The notes: a model not told the origin generated them from the sequence alone. 64,000 nt of DNA from Candidatus Staskawiczbacteria bacterium RIFOXYB1_FULL_37_44 (GCA_001822065.1 MHPJ01000015.1:7186-71185); one strand, 5' to 3'; shown: positions 38,256 to 48,744, numbered from the stretch's first letter. A program made the numbers and translations.

Positions 38256-39410
38256 ATGAAAAAAAACGTTTCTTTGGCAAAAAAATCATTGGATTACCAT
38301 AAAAAGCTGAATGGAAAAATTGGCATTTTTTCTAAAGCGCCGCTAAAATCTCTGGAAGATTTACAACTTTCGTACACGCCGGGCGTGGGAGCTGTGAGCG
38401 CTTTTTTGTCGCTTCATAAAGATCAAATAAAAAAATATACAATTAAAAAAAATGCCGTTGCCGTGGTTTCGGACGGTTCGGCGGTATTGGGTTTGGGAAA
38501 CATCGGCGTTGAGGGAGCTTTGCCTGTAATGGAAGGAAAGGCAATGATTTTTAAAGAGTTTGCAAATATCGATGCTTTTCCAATAGTTTTAGACACGCAA
38601 GATGTTGAGGAAATTATAAAAACCATCAAGCATATTGCTCCGGTGTTTGGCGCAATAAATTTGGAAGACATTTCCGCGCCCCGTTGTTTTGAAATTGAAA
38701 AAAGGCTTCAAGACGCGCTGGATATTTTTGTAATGCACGATGACCAGCACGCAACAGCAATTGTTGTTTTGGCCGGGCTGATAAATGCTTTTAAGGTTGC
38801 AAAAAAAGATTTGAAAAAGAGTTCAATTACAGTTATTGGAGCAGGTTCAGCTGGAACCGCAGTAACTAAGCTTTTATACGCTTATGGGGTCAGAAATATT
38901 ATTGTGGTGGATACAAAGGGAATTTTATCTAAGTGCAGGGGAAATATGCTAGCTCATCAAACAGAGCTGGCTGATATAACAAATGAAAACTGCAGAGAAG
39001 GAACGCTTCAAGATGCTTTTGTAAAAGCCGATGCAGTCGTGGGGCTTTCTGCGCCCAATATTATAAAACCAGAATACATAAAAACAATGAATGAAAGGCC
39101 GATTATTTTTGCTTTGGCAAATCCGGTGCCCGAAATAATGCCCGGCATTGCCAAAAAAGCCGGCGCATTTATTGTTGCCACGGGCCGGTCGGATTTTGAA
39201 AACCAGGTGAATAACGCTTTGGTTTTTCCCGGAATTTTTCGCGGAGCTTTGGATTATAACATAAGAAAAATAACCGATGAAATGCAAATTAACGCAGCCA
39301 AAAAACTTGCAGGAATTATAAAAAATTCAAAAGCCAATAATATTATTCCATCAATTTTTAACCCAAAAATTGTCAAAGCCATTGCTTTAAGCCTGAAACA
39401 TGAAGTTTAA
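38256..39410 (+). CDS. NAD(P)-dependent malic enzyme
   Basis: YTPGV, DGSAVLGLGNIG, INLEDISAPRCF, HDDQH, ATGRSD..NQVNN. Confidence 0.93.
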   Translation: MKKNVSLAKKSLDYHKKLNGKIGIFSKAPLKSLEDLQLSYTPGVGAVSAFLSLHKDQIKKYTIKKNAVAVVSDGSAVLGLGNIGVEGALPVMEGKAMIFKEFANIDAFPIVLDTQDVEEIIKTIKHIAPVFGAINLEDISAPRCFEIEKRLQDALDIFVMHDDQHATAIVVLAGLINAFKVAKKDLKKSSITVIGAGSAGTAVTKLLYAYGVRNIIVVDTKGILSKCRGNMLAHQTELADITNENCREGTLQDAFVKADAVVGLSAPNIIKPEYIKTMNERPIIFALANPVPEIMPGIAKKAGAFIVATGRSDFENQVNNALVFPGIFRGALDYNIRKITDEMQINAAKKLAGIIKNSKANNIIPSIFNPKIVKAIALSLKHEV

Positions 39411-40224
39411 CCGCGAGCAAGTTATTATTGGGAGAGTTAAAGCTTTTTATTGGGAAAAAAATAAAACCCAGAAAAAAGTTATTATTTTCCTGCACGGTTT
39501 TCCGGGAAACCATAAAATTGTAATTGATATGGCGCGCAATTTTAAAAACTTTAGGGTAATAATTCCCGATCTGCCCGCATGCGGACTGTCAGATCCTTTA
39601 AATGAAAAACATACTTTAAATAATTATGCAGACTGGGTAAACGAACTTTTAAAAAGTTTATCTGTAAATAAAGCAGTTGTTGTTGGATATTCTTTTGGCT
39701 CAAGAGTTGCTTTGACTTTTTGTGAATCTTATGAAAAAGCAGTTGAAAGGTTGGTTTTAATAACCCCGGTTGTAAAAGCAGATAGTTTGATTGCCAGGAT
39801 TGCTCTTTTAGAATATGAGATTGCCGAAGTTTTGCCCGATTTTTTACAGAAAACATGGCTCAATAATAGGGTATATCATACGGCCAGTAACATTATAATA
39901 TTTAAATCTGCCAGTAAAAAAAGGCGCGAGAAATTAATACTGGCAGACAAAAAAGAAACAAACCATTTGTACCCAAGAGCTAATATTGAATTATTTAATG
40001 AATTTTTAAACTCAAAGCCAATATCAAAAGGTCCAAGAATTACCGCAAAAACTTTATTGATTGCCTGCGATAAAGACGAGGTTGCAACTGTAAAAACAGT
40101 TGAAGAATTAATGGACAGGTTTTCCAATGCTGCAATGGAAATTATAAAAAATTCAGGTCATATTGTCCCGGCCGAAAGGCCCATAAAAACAGCAAAAATT
40201 ATTTTAGACTGGTTAAATAATTAA
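39400..40224 (+). CDS. Alpha/beta hydrolase
   Basis: FLHGFPG, GYSFG nucleophile elbow, SGH. Confidence 0.85.
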   Translation: MKFNREQVIIGRVKAFYWEKNKTQKKVIIFLHGFPGNHKIVIDMARNFKNFRVIIPDLPACGLSDPLNEKHTLNNYADWVNELLKSLSVNKAVVVGYSFGSRVALTFCESYEKAVERLVLITPVVKADSLIARIALLEYEIAEVLPDFLQKTWLNNRVYHTASNIIIFKSASKKRREKLILADKKETNHLYPRANIELFNEFLNSKPISKGPRITAKTLLIACDKDEVATVKTVEELMDRFSNAAMEIIKNSGHIVPAERPIKTAKIILDWLNN

Positions 40225-40244
40225 TATTATTAAATAATAAATAT

Positions 40245-41012
40245 ATGGATATTTTTGTATATTATATTTTAGGAGTTGTGGTTATAATTGCGCTTTCGGG
40301 AATTAGAGTTATCAAAGAGTATGAAAGGGCGGTTATTTTCTTTTTGGGAAAACAAACTAATATTCGGGGTCCGGGCTTAATATATTTGATTCCCATTTTT
40401 GAACAAATGGTCAAAGTAAGTTTTAGAACAGTAACGATGGGAATTCCTTCGCAGAAAATCATTACAAAAGACAATGTGTCTATTGATATTGCAGCTGTGG
40501 CATATTACCACGTGGTTGATCCAAAAAAGGCGGTTATTGCCATTGAGGATGTTTTTTCTGCTGTGAACCAAATAAGTCAAACAACTGTAAGAAATGTGGT
40601 TGGGCAGTTTATGCTGGATCAGCTTTTGTCGCAGACTTCAGATATTAATAACCAGATAAAAAACGTTATTGATAGTCACACAGAACCTTGGGGAGTGCAA
40701 GTGACCGCAGTTGAAATTAAGGATATTTTTTTACCAGAAAATATGCAGAGAGCCATGGCAAAAGAAGCTGAAGCAGAACGAGAGAGGAGGGCAAAAATTG
40801 TGGCAGCTCAGGGAGAATTTCAGGCCGCTGAAAAGCTTGGCCAGGCAGCTGATCTAATTGCCGCTCATCCTGTTGCCTTACAGCTTAGAACATTACAGAC
40901 AATGGCGGAAATAAGCGTTGAAAAAAATTCAACTATTATTTTTCCGGCACAATTTATGACAACAGTAAAAGAGGCGATTGAGTCCATAAAGTCTGATAAT
41001 TTAAATAAATAA
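40245..41012 (+). CDS. SPFH/stomatin (slipin) family protein
   Basis: ITKDNV, QTTVRNVVG, AEAERERRAK, LQLRTLQT. Confidence 0.92.
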   Translation: MDIFVYYILGVVVIIALSGIRVIKEYERAVIFFLGKQTNIRGPGLIYLIPIFEQMVKVSFRTVTMGIPSQKIITKDNVSIDIAAVAYYHVVDPKKAVIAIEDVFSAVNQISQTTVRNVVGQFMLDQLLSQTSDINNQIKNVIDSHTEPWGVQVTAVEIKDIFLPENMQRAMAKEAEAERERRAKIVAAQGEFQAAEKLGQAADLIAAHPVALQLRTLQTMAEISVEKNSTIIFPAQFMTTVKEAIESIKSDNLNK

Positions 41013-41058
41013 CCAGTAAAACAAAAGCACCCGTACGGGCGCTTTTGTTTTATGAGAA

Positions 41059-41316
41059 TTAAGAAAGGTGTTTTGAGACCAATTTTGTCATTTCAAACAT
41101 ATTTACTGTGGCCTTTCCGCCGAAAACTGATTTTAGTTTATCATCGGCGTTTATGTTTCTTTTGTTTTTTGGATCCTGAAGCCCGTTCTTTTTTATGTAA
41201 GCCCAAAGTTTTTTTACGACTTCAGACCTCGGCATCGGACCCTTTCCTACAACTGCTTCTAAATCTGCTGTGAGCTTTAGCGGCTTCATAAAAGCCGAGT
41301 TTGCTTTTCCTGGCAT
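41059..41316 (-). CDS. SWIB/MDM2 domain protein
   Basis: PRSEVVKKLWAYIKKNGLQDPKNKRNINADDKL..MFEMTKLVSKHL. Confidence 0.9.
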   Translation of the reverse strand: MPGKANSAFMKPLKLTADLEAVVGKGPMPRSEVVKKLWAYIKKNGLQDPKNKRNINADDKLKSVFGGKATVNMFEMTKLVSKHLS

Positions 41317-41328
41317 AATATTTTAAAA

Positions 41329-41423
41329 CTCGAAATTCGAATATCGAAAGTCGAAACGCGTTTTTGAATTTTTTTTGAAAATTCTAATTTGTTTCGGATT
41401 TCGGATTTCGGATTTCGGATTTA
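41329..41423. repeat. Inverted arrays of 7-nt repeats (CGAAATC / GATTTCG)
   Basis: ttcggat x4 and complementary cgaaa.. units; same unit in frame in lepA 12039-12065. Confidence 0.7.
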
Positions 41424-41501
41424 GTTTTTTTATTATCTATTGTGATAATATCATACAATACAAGCAAAAACAACTATTTTGTGTTATAATACTAAAATAT
41501 T

Positions 41502-42404
41502 ATGTTAACTTGGCTTTTTGTAATAATTTTAGCATATTTATTTTTCAGCCTGGCTTATCTTGGCGATAAGCTTGTTTTGTCCGGCCCGCCAAAACCCGCG
41601 TCTTATACTTTTTTTGTTGGCATATTTAGCGTGGTAATGGCTTTGTTGCTGCCATTCGTCGGTTTTGCTTTGCCAAGCAGCGCGCTTTTGCCGTGGATTA
41701 TTATAACCGCAATTGTTTATGTAACGGGACTCTACTCAATGTTTTGCGCTTTAGAAAAATTTGATGTTTCTAAAGTAATGACAACAATTGGAGCCACTCA
41801 GCCAATTTTTATTTTTGTTTTGGGCTGGCTATTTTTTGGGTCGGGAACGATGGGCAAAACAAATATTTTTGCTTTTGTTCTTTTGCTTTTGGGAAGCGTT
41901 ATAAGCTCTTTTGAAAAGAGCCGGAAAGCAACAGGGGAATATTTAAAAATTACAATTTTTTCGTCGCTGATGTTTTCTTTAGATTATATTTTGCAAAAAA
42001 ACATTTATACTAATGCGGATTTTTGGCACGGCTTCATATGGATTAGACTGTTTGTATTTTTAATTGCCTTGTTTTTTCTTTTTAGCAAAAAAGCGCGAAA
42101 AGATATTTTTGCGAAAAGGGGAGTTTTAGATAAAAAAAACCGGATAGTTTTTTTCTTTTCGCAAACATCCGGAGGAATTGCAAATGTTTTGCAGAGCTTT
42201 GCTATTTTTTTGGCACCGGTGGCTTTTTTGCCCATACTGAATTCGTTGCGAGGCATACAATATATTTTTCTTTTTCTGATTGTTTTATTTTTTTCAGTTT
42301 TTTTGCCGAAAATTTTAAAAGAAGAAATATCTGGAAAAATTATTTTGCAAAAAATTGTTTCTATAATTTTAATTGCGGCGGGCTTAGCTTTCTTGGTTTT
42401 TTAA
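41502..42404 (+). CDS. DMT/EamA-like membrane transporter
   Basis: About 10 TM, two-repeat layout. Confidence 0.7.
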   Translation: MLTWLFVIILAYLFFSLAYLGDKLVLSGPPKPASYTFFVGIFSVVMALLLPFVGFALPSSALLPWIIITAIVYVTGLYSMFCALEKFDVSKVMTTIGATQPIFIFVLGWLFFGSGTMGKTNIFAFVLLLLGSVISSFEKSRKATGEYLKITIFSSLMFSLDYILQKNIYTNADFWHGFIWIRLFVFLIALFFLFSKKARKDIFAKRGVLDKKNRIVFFFSQTSGGIANVLQSFAIFLAPVAFLPILNSLRGIQYIFLFLIVLFFSVFLPKILKEEISGKIILQKIVSIILIAAGLAFLVF

Positions 42405-42484
42405 GGTGAAAATTTAAAATAAAACAAGCGGGGTGTCGCGTGTGACACTCCGCTTTCTGTTGAGCATTGGTAGCCCCATTGGGT

Positions 42485-42685
42485 TTATGAGCGAGAAATT
42501 TCGCGCGCTTGAACCATGTCGTCCTCCATGTCGAAAAGCGGATTACAATACTCAATTAGAATTAGGCCGTTTTCATCGGGATCTGCGGCCACTTTTGCCA
42601 CAAGGCCGTTGCGTTCGTCCACAACGAGTTCGCCGATAAAAAACATGGATTCTCTAACGTCGCTTTCGGTAATTACGCTCGCCAT
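42485..42685 (-). CDS. Small hypothetical protein (ORFan-like)
   Basis: AAGGAG upstream of ATG 42685. Confidence 0.45.
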   Translation of the reverse strand: MASVITESDVRESMFFIGELVVDERNGLVAKVAADPDENGLILIEYCNPLFDMEDDMVQAREISRS

Positions 42686-42822
42686 TTCAGACTCCTTTTG
42701 TCTTGAGGTTAGCGTATTTTCAATGACCTGCCACATTTAAATATTACCACAATTTTATAAAAAAACAAGCAATTTGGGGGTGTTGCTTTTGTCTACAAAA
42801 AGGGGTAAAATAAGAGAATATC

Positions 42823-43965
42823 ATGAGAAATAATATAATTATAAATGACGAAAAAGAGCAGGAATTAATTTTAGATCTGCAAAAACGTACAGACATTAAG
42901 GCAGAAAGAATTAAACGGCTTTTATCTTTGCCCGACCTCACAAAGAAAGAAAATTCTCCTGTAAAAATTATAAATGATAAAATATTGGAGCTACCAATAT
43001 GGGCTGATTTTGATATAGTTGATATTCCTAAAATTGTAACTGTTCAAGACGATTTCGATCTTTTAAATACGCCAAAGGACCATCCAAGCAGAAGAGAATC
43101 AGACACTTATTATTTGGATAAAACTCATATTTTGAGAACCCAGATGACCGTGATGTGGCCTTATTATTTTAGAGATAAAGAAGTTTTGGAGAGATTAAAA
43201 AAAGATGGTGAAGTCGGATCGCTGTCACCGGGAATTGTTTGGCGCAAAGACGAAATTGACCGTAAACATTTTCCGGCTTTTCATCAAACAGATTTTTTGT
43301 ATGTGTGCAGGAAAGATAAAAGAATTATTACGCTTAAAGAGCTGCAAGATGTTCAAGCAGATGCGGTAAGGACAATCTTTGGCGACATTGAATTTAGATT
43401 TTTAGTTGATACTTTTCCTTTTACCGACCCATCAACTCAAGTTGAAATAAATTGGGGAGGAAACTGGATTGAGATAACTGGAGCTGGGCTTGTGCATCCT
43501 AATTGTTTGAAAAATTTTGGATTGGATCCAGAAATTTATAACGGTTATGCCGGTACATTTGGATTGGACAGAGTTGCAATGGTAAAAATGGGAATTTCTG
43601 ATATCAGAATTTTTTGGTCTGAAGACCAGAGAATTACGAGTCAGTTTAAAGATATAAATTCAAAATACAAAGAAGTCAGCAAATATCCTGAAACTTCGCG
43701 CGATATATCTTTTATAATAGACAAGAATATAAATTTAAATAATTATTACGAAATTGTAAGAGATTTTGCGGAAAATTTAATTGAAGAAGTAAAACTGGTT
43801 GACAGTTATGAAGATGACGCAAAGTTTGGCAATAATAAAAAAAGTTATACATTCAGAATTATTTACCGCAGTCCGGAAAAAACTTTAACCAATGAAGAAA
43901 TTAATGTTATTCAAGAAAAAATCCGCATCAAAACAGCGCAAGACCTAAACGCAATTTTGCGATAA
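42823..43965 (+). CDS. pheS: Single-chain phenylalanyl-tRNA synthetase (catalytic domain plus FDX-ACB anticodon-binding domain)
   Basis: HPSR..SDTYY, LRTQMT, DEIDRKHFPAFHQ, FPFTDPS, FGLDR, then SKYPETSRDISF...KTLTNEE. Confidence 0.88.
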   Translation: MRNNIIINDEKEQELILDLQKRTDIKAERIKRLLSLPDLTKKENSPVKIINDKILELPIWADFDIVDIPKIVTVQDDFDLLNTPKDHPSRRESDTYYLDKTHILRTQMTVMWPYYFRDKEVLERLKKDGEVGSLSPGIVWRKDEIDRKHFPAFHQTDFLYVCRKDKRIITLKELQDVQADAVRTIFGDIEFRFLVDTFPFTDPSTQVEINWGGNWIEITGAGLVHPNCLKNFGLDPEIYNGYAGTFGLDRVAMVKMGISDIRIFWSEDQRITSQFKDINSKYKEVSKYPETSRDISFIIDKNINLNNYYEIVRDFAENLIEEVKLVDSYEDDAKFGNNKKSYTFRIIYRSPEKTLTNEEINVIQEKIRIKTAQDLNAILR

Positions 43966-43977
43966 GTCTATTTGTAT

Positions 43978-44005
43978 TGTCATTCCCGCGGAAGCGGGAA
44001 TCCAG
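43978..44005. repeat. GTCATTCCCGCG..GCGGGAATCC palindromic repeat
   Basis: Hairpin attcccgc-ggaa-gcgggaat. Confidence 0.6.
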
Positions 44006-44078
44006 AGTACGCAGGTTAACACATGTTAACCTGAAAATTAAAAAAAACGTTGGTTATCACGTGATAACCTTAAAAATT

Positions 44079-44822
44079 ATGAACGAAACACCAAGTAGCG
44101 AATCGCAAAATTTTGAGAGTGAAAATACCGATAAGGTTGAGAGGTATAAGGAGATGGTGGGTGATTCAAGGGCAATTTTTATTTTATCTGCCAGCGAAAG
44201 GGAAATAGGAAAAAGCGGAAAAAAATACAGGCCCGATTCTTATGGCGATTTGGACAATAAAAGCCTTTTGGCCGGAGGCCACGCCCGAGTTATAGCTGCA
44301 GCAGAAATCGGAAATTATTTTCCAGATATAAAATTGATAACAGACAGCGCGCCAGAGAAAGCAAAAGAATCTCTTGCAAAGATATACGCAGATGAACTTA
44401 AAAGGTTAGGAATCTCGGAGGCGCAAATTGATTTGGAGGAAAGATCAACAGATACCATCACTGAATTAGCTGAAATGATGAAAATTGCTAGAATAAACAA
44501 TTGGGAAAAAGTTGCCGTACTTACATCGGGATATCATGTTGAGAGAGTATCTGAGATGTTAAGCCATCTAAAGGAAATTATAAAGAATATGGGTATAAAA
44601 GATGGAGAATTTGATAATGCTTGGGAATATTTTGATGGGGGAAACAAATTAGAAGTTCGTTTTTTGTCGGCAGAAGAAATACTCCCTTTAAGAAATATAA
44701 AGTACCAAGAAATTATAGATAAGGTCAGAGATTCTGAATCATACAAAAAAAGAGTGGCATCAGAAAAAAGGGGCATTCAGCAAATAAGAGAAGGAACTTA
44801 TGGAGTAAAAAATAAAAACTAA
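44079..44822 (+). CDS. YdcF/DUF218 (ElyC/SanA-like) protein
   Basis: LEERSTDTITEL, VLTSGYHVERV; ATG at 44079. Confidence 0.65.
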   Translation: MNETPSSESQNFESENTDKVERYKEMVGDSRAIFILSASEREIGKSGKKYRPDSYGDLDNKSLLAGGHARVIAAAEIGNYFPDIKLITDSAPEKAKESLAKIYADELKRLGISEAQIDLEERSTDTITELAEMMKIARINNWEKVAVLTSGYHVERVSEMLSHLKEIIKNMGIKDGEFDNAWEYFDGGNKLEVRFLSAEEILPLRNIKYQEIIDKVRDSESYKKRVASEKRGIQQIREGTYGVKNKN

Positions 44823-44824
44823 TT

Positions 44825-46909
44825 ATGATGAAATTAAATATAAAAGAAAAAGATGAGGAAAATATTGAGGCAGAGCCCGTGAAGGCCGAGTTTGCAATGA
44901 CTAAGGGGGCGAAAGAGCCTGCAAAAAAAGAAGAAAGAAAAACTGAAGTGAAAAAAGAAGAACCTAAAAAAGAATCTCCAAAAATAGAAGCGAAAAAAGT
45001 TAGAAAAGAAGGGGAGTACACTGCCAAAGACATTTATGTTTTAAAAGGATTAGAGCCCGTAAGATTACGTCCCGGAATGTACATTGGCTCTACTGGAATT
45101 GACGGCCTGCACCATTTAATTTGGGAAGTTGTGGACAATTGTTTAGACGAAGCAATGGCAGGATATGCCAAAAATATTGAAGTAACTTTACTGCCGAATA
45201 ACAGGGTAAAAGTTTCTGATGACGGCAGAGGAATTCCGGTTGAAAAACATCCCGACACAGGAAAATCAACTTTGGAAACCGTTCTGACAACTTTGCACGC
45301 GGGAGGAAAATTTGGCGGAGAAGCTTATAAGGTTTCCGGCGGATTACATGGCGTGGGAATTTCGGTTGTATGCGCTTTGTCCACCTATATGCTGGCTGAA
45401 GTCAAAAGAGACGGGGGAGTGTACCAGCAGGAATATTTCAGAGGAGCGCCAAAAACATCAGTCAAAAAAATTGGAGACAGCAAAAAAACCGGAACAACAC
45501 AGACTTTTGACGCAGACCCGCAAATTTTTTCAGAAATAAAATACGACCCAAAACGGATTTTGAACCATTTACGCCAGCAAGCATATCTGACAAAAGGGGT
45601 AAAAATAGCTTTTAAAGACGAAAGAATAAAAGGCGAAGAATCTTCCTACACATTCTATTTTGAAGGCGGAGTCGGCTCGTATGTAAAATATTTGGTTTTA
45701 GGAAATCATCCAAGGCATTCAAATATTTTTTCAATTTCAACGGAAAAAGACAATATTGCTGTTGAAGCAGCTTTTCAGTATACGCAGGAAATGGAGTGCA
45801 CCGAAGAATCTTTCGCAAATAATATTTATACAGTTGAAGGCGGAACGCATATTTCCGGATTTAGAACTGCGCTGACAAGATCATTAAATGACTATGCAAG
45901 ACGCGAAGGATTTTTAAAAGAAAAAGATGAAAATTTTTCAGGAGACGATGTTAGGGAAGGTTTGACCGCGGTTGTTTCTGTAAAAATTAGAACTCCGCAA
46001 TTTGAAGGCCAGACAAAAGCAAAACTGGGAAATCCCGAAGCAAAACCAGCCGTAGAAGCAGCCACGGCTGAAGGTTTGTCTGATTATTTGGAAAGAAATC
46101 CATCTGACGCAAAGTCTATAATTGAAAATTGTTTACTGGCAACCAAAGCCAGATTGGCTGCAAAGGCAGCAAGGCAAACAGTTTTGAGGAAGGGCGCCCT
46201 GGAGGGTTTGGCGTTGCCCGGAAAATTAGCAGACTGTCTTTCCAGAAAACCAGAAGAATCTGAAATTTATATTGTTGAGGGAGATTCCGCCGGCGGTTCA
46301 TCAAAACAAGCCAGAGACAGGCGGTTTCAGGCAATTTTGCCTTTGCGCGGGAAAATTTTAAATGTAGAGCGCGCCAGGCTGGACAAAATGTTGGCTTCAA
46401 AAGAAATTAAAGCTTTAATCATTGCCATGGGCACGGGCATTGGCGAAGATTTTGACATTGAAAAATTGCGCTATCACCGTATTGTAATTATGACCGATGC
46501 CGATGTTGACGGAGCTCATATTCGCACCTTGTTGCTGACATTTTTTTACAGGCATTTTAAACCTGTTGTTGACGCTGGCCACATTTACATTGCACAGCCG
46601 CCTTTGTATAAAATTTCTTTTGGAAAAAATGCGCAGTACGCGTATTCAGACGGCCAGCGCGATAAGATTGTAAAAGAAATGGGAAAATCTACCGCTTCAA
46701 TCCAGCGATATAAAGGCTTGGGAGAAATGAATCCCGAACAGCTTTGGGAAACAACAATGAATCCTGAAAACCGCACGTTGCTGCAAGTGGCCGTTGAGGA
46801 GGCTCACGAAGCAGATAAAACTTTAGACATTTTAATGGGGGAGGAAGTTGAACCTCGCAAAAAATTCATTCAAACCCACGCCAAAGCAGCCAGAAACATA
46901 GACATTTAA
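44825..46909 (+). CDS. gyrB: DNA gyrase subunit B
   Basis: RPGMYIG, DDGRGIP, GGLHGVG, VEGDSAGG, PLRGK, DADVDG, QRYKGLGEM. Confidence 0.96.
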   Translation: MMKLNIKEKDEENIEAEPVKAEFAMTKGAKEPAKKEERKTEVKKEEPKKESPKIEAKKVRKEGEYTAKDIYVLKGLEPVRLRPGMYIGSTGIDGLHHLIWEVVDNCLDEAMAGYAKNIEVTLLPNNRVKVSDDGRGIPVEKHPDTGKSTLETVLTTLHAGGKFGGEAYKVSGGLHGVGISVVCALSTYMLAEVKRDGGVYQQEYFRGAPKTSVKKIGDSKKTGTTQTFDADPQIFSEIKYDPKRILNHLRQQAYLTKGVKIAFKDERIKGEESSYTFYFEGGVGSYVKYLVLGNHPRHSNIFSISTEKDNIAVEAAFQYTQEMECTEESFANNIYTVEGGTHISGFRTALTRSLNDYARREGFLKEKDENFSGDDVREGLTAVVSVKIRTPQFEGQTKAKLGNPEAKPAVEAATAEGLSDYLERNPSDAKSIIENCLLATKARLAAKAARQTVLRKGALEGLALPGKLADCLSRKPEESEIYIVEGDSAGGSSKQARDRRFQAILPLRGKILNVERARLDKMLASKEIKALIIAMGTGIGEDFDIEKLRYHRIVIMTDADVDGAHIRTLLLTFFYRHFKPVVDAGHIYIAQPPLYKISFGKNAQYAYSDGQRDKIVKEMGKSTASIQRYKGLGEMNPEQLWETTMNPENRTLLQVAVEEAHEADKTLDILMGEEVEPRKKFIQTHAKAARNIDI

Positions 46910-46991
46910 GCTAATATTTGTAAAAACCGCGCGCTATTGACACGCGGTTTTTATTATGCTATAATTAAATAATAAGATAAGAGGAGGGTTT

Positions 46992-47144
46992 ATGGACAAT
47001 CTTGACGCGTTAGACGATTTGTCAGCGGGCAACCCGTCCCAGCCTCAGCCAGATTGGGTTGAGGAAGACATTATCTTTCATCGGCAGCAAGACCCCTTTC
47101 CTGACCATCGGGAAGACGAAGAGGCCATAACCGCTAACACGTAA
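46992..47144 (+). CDS. Small acidic hypothetical protein (50 aa)
   Basis: TTGACA-17-TATAAT promoter at 46937-46965; GAGGAGG RBS. Confidence 0.5.
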   Translation: MDNLDALDDLSAGNPSQPQPDWVEEDIIFHRQQDPFPDHREDEEAITANT

Positions 47145-47301
47145 GCGGATGCTGTTGAGAAGGTTTGGCCCTGCGAAGTTGCAATTTGCGCTCGTGGGGC
47201 TTTTTTATTATTTTGTGGTATAATAGTTTAAAGCCTTGACTTAAATGCAGGATTCGGCTATCATAAAAATAGATAGCCCCGCTTGCGGGGTTTTAAAAAA
47301 C

Positions 47302-47496
47302 ATGGCAATTACACAAAAAGCAAATATATTTTTTAAGGAAGTTTTGGTTGAAATGAAAAGAGTAAGCTGGCTTTCGCAGAAAGATGTTTTAAGGTACACA
47401 CTAATTGTATTGGGAGTTACAATTGGCTCGGCTGCATTTTTGGGGGGATTGGATTTTATTTTTACAGAAATAATTAAAAGATTTATCCTAAAATAA
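47302..47496 (+). CDS. secE: Preprotein translocase subunit SecE
   Basis: EMKRVSW motif; lies upstream of nusG. Confidence 0.9.
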   Translation: MAITQKANIFFKEVLVEMKRVSWLSQKDVLRYTLIVLGVTIGSAAFLGGLDFIFTEIIKRFILK

Positions 47497-47497
47497 A

Positions 47498-48046
47498 ATG
47501 GCAAAGCAACAAATAGAACAAGACCGAAATTGGTATGTTATACATACTTATTCCGGGTATGAAGACGCAGTTGCAAAAAACCTCAAACAGAGGATCGAAT
47601 CTTTGGCAATGGAAGATAAAATTTTTAACGTGATTGTCCCCAAAGAAAAGAAAATAAAAATTAAAAACGGAAAAAGAAAAACAGTTGAAGAAAAAATTTA
47701 TCCAGGCTACGTGCTTGTGGAAATGGTTGTTACCGACGAGTCATGGTATGTTGTTAGAAATACGCCAAGAGTAACAGGATTTTTGGGGGCGGGGACAACG
47801 CCAATTCCGGTTTCAAAAGTTGAAATGGAAGACTTAATAAAGCGTATGGATGCGGGCGAGCCGGAGTTTACAATTGATTTTGAAATTGGAGCCACAGTAA
47901 AAGTTAATGACGGGCCGTTTAAGGGTTTTGAAGGAAAAGTTTCAGAAATTGACAAAGAAAGAGGGAAAATAAAAGTTTTGGTAAATATGTTTGGAAGAGA
48001 TACGCCAGTGGAACTGGATTCTTTGCAAATCAAAAAAGTTTCTTAA
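47498..48046 (+). CDS. nusG: Transcription termination/antitermination factor NusG
   Basis: WYVIHTYSGYE, YPGYVLVEM, KOW, MFGRDTPVEL. Confidence 0.97.
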   Translation: MAKQQIEQDRNWYVIHTYSGYEDAVAKNLKQRIESLAMEDKIFNVIVPKEKKIKIKNGKRKTVEEKIYPGYVLVEMVVTDESWYVVRNTPRVTGFLGAGTTPIPVSKVEMEDLIKRMDAGEPEFTIDFEIGATVKVNDGPFKGFEGKVSEIDKERGKIKVLVNMFGRDTPVELDSLQIKKVS

Positions 48047-48158
48047 ATAACACTAATATACAAATTTTATAACTAATCTACAAAAACACTAATCTACAAA
48101 TTCGTAATTCGGATTTTTGCAGATTAGGATAAAATTAGTAGATTAGTATTATACCCTA

Positions 48159-48584
48159 ATGGCAAAAGAAATAAAAGCTATTGTAAAAATACAAATCCCA
48201 GCTGGTAAAGCAACTCCGGCGCCTCCAATTGGACCGGCCTTGGCCCAGCACGGTTTGAATATTGCGGAGTTTTGCCAAAAGTTTAATGCGGCAACTCAGC
48301 AATTGGCAGGTTACAAAATTCCGGCAGAAGTTACAATTTATAAAGACAGGTCTTATGTTTTTAAATTGAAAACTCCTTTGGCAGCCGAACTTATAAAAAA
48401 AGTAATTGGAATTGAAAAGGGAAGCGGAGTTCCAAACAAAACCAAAGTTGGAAAAATTACAAAATCCCAATTGAAAGAAATTGCCGAGAAAAAAATGCCC
48501 GACCTAAACACCACAGATATAGAACAGGCAATAAAAATTATTGCCGGCACCGCCAAAAACATGGGCGTGGAAGTAAAAGATTAA
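48159..48584 (+). CDS. rplK: 50S ribosomal protein L11
   Basis: [29 protein letters not shown]. Confidence 0.97.
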   Translation: MAKEIKAIVKIQIPAGKATPAPPIGPALAQHGLNIAEFCQKFNAATQQLAGYKIPAEVTIYKDRSYVFKLKTPLAAELIKKVIGIEKGSGVPNKTKVGKITKSQLKEIAEKKMPDLNTTDIEQAIKIIAGTAKNMGVEVKD

Positions 48585-48744
48585 ATCTAAATTAAACAAT
48601 AAAAAGCAGTTCTGTAAAGAATTGCTTTTTATTTTACATAAGTGGTAGAATGGGTATACTAAAATTATTAAATTCACCCAGTTAGATAATTTTGCTTTGG
48701 CAAAATTAAAATCCCGAAGGATTTTATTTAACCGGGAAAAAAAT

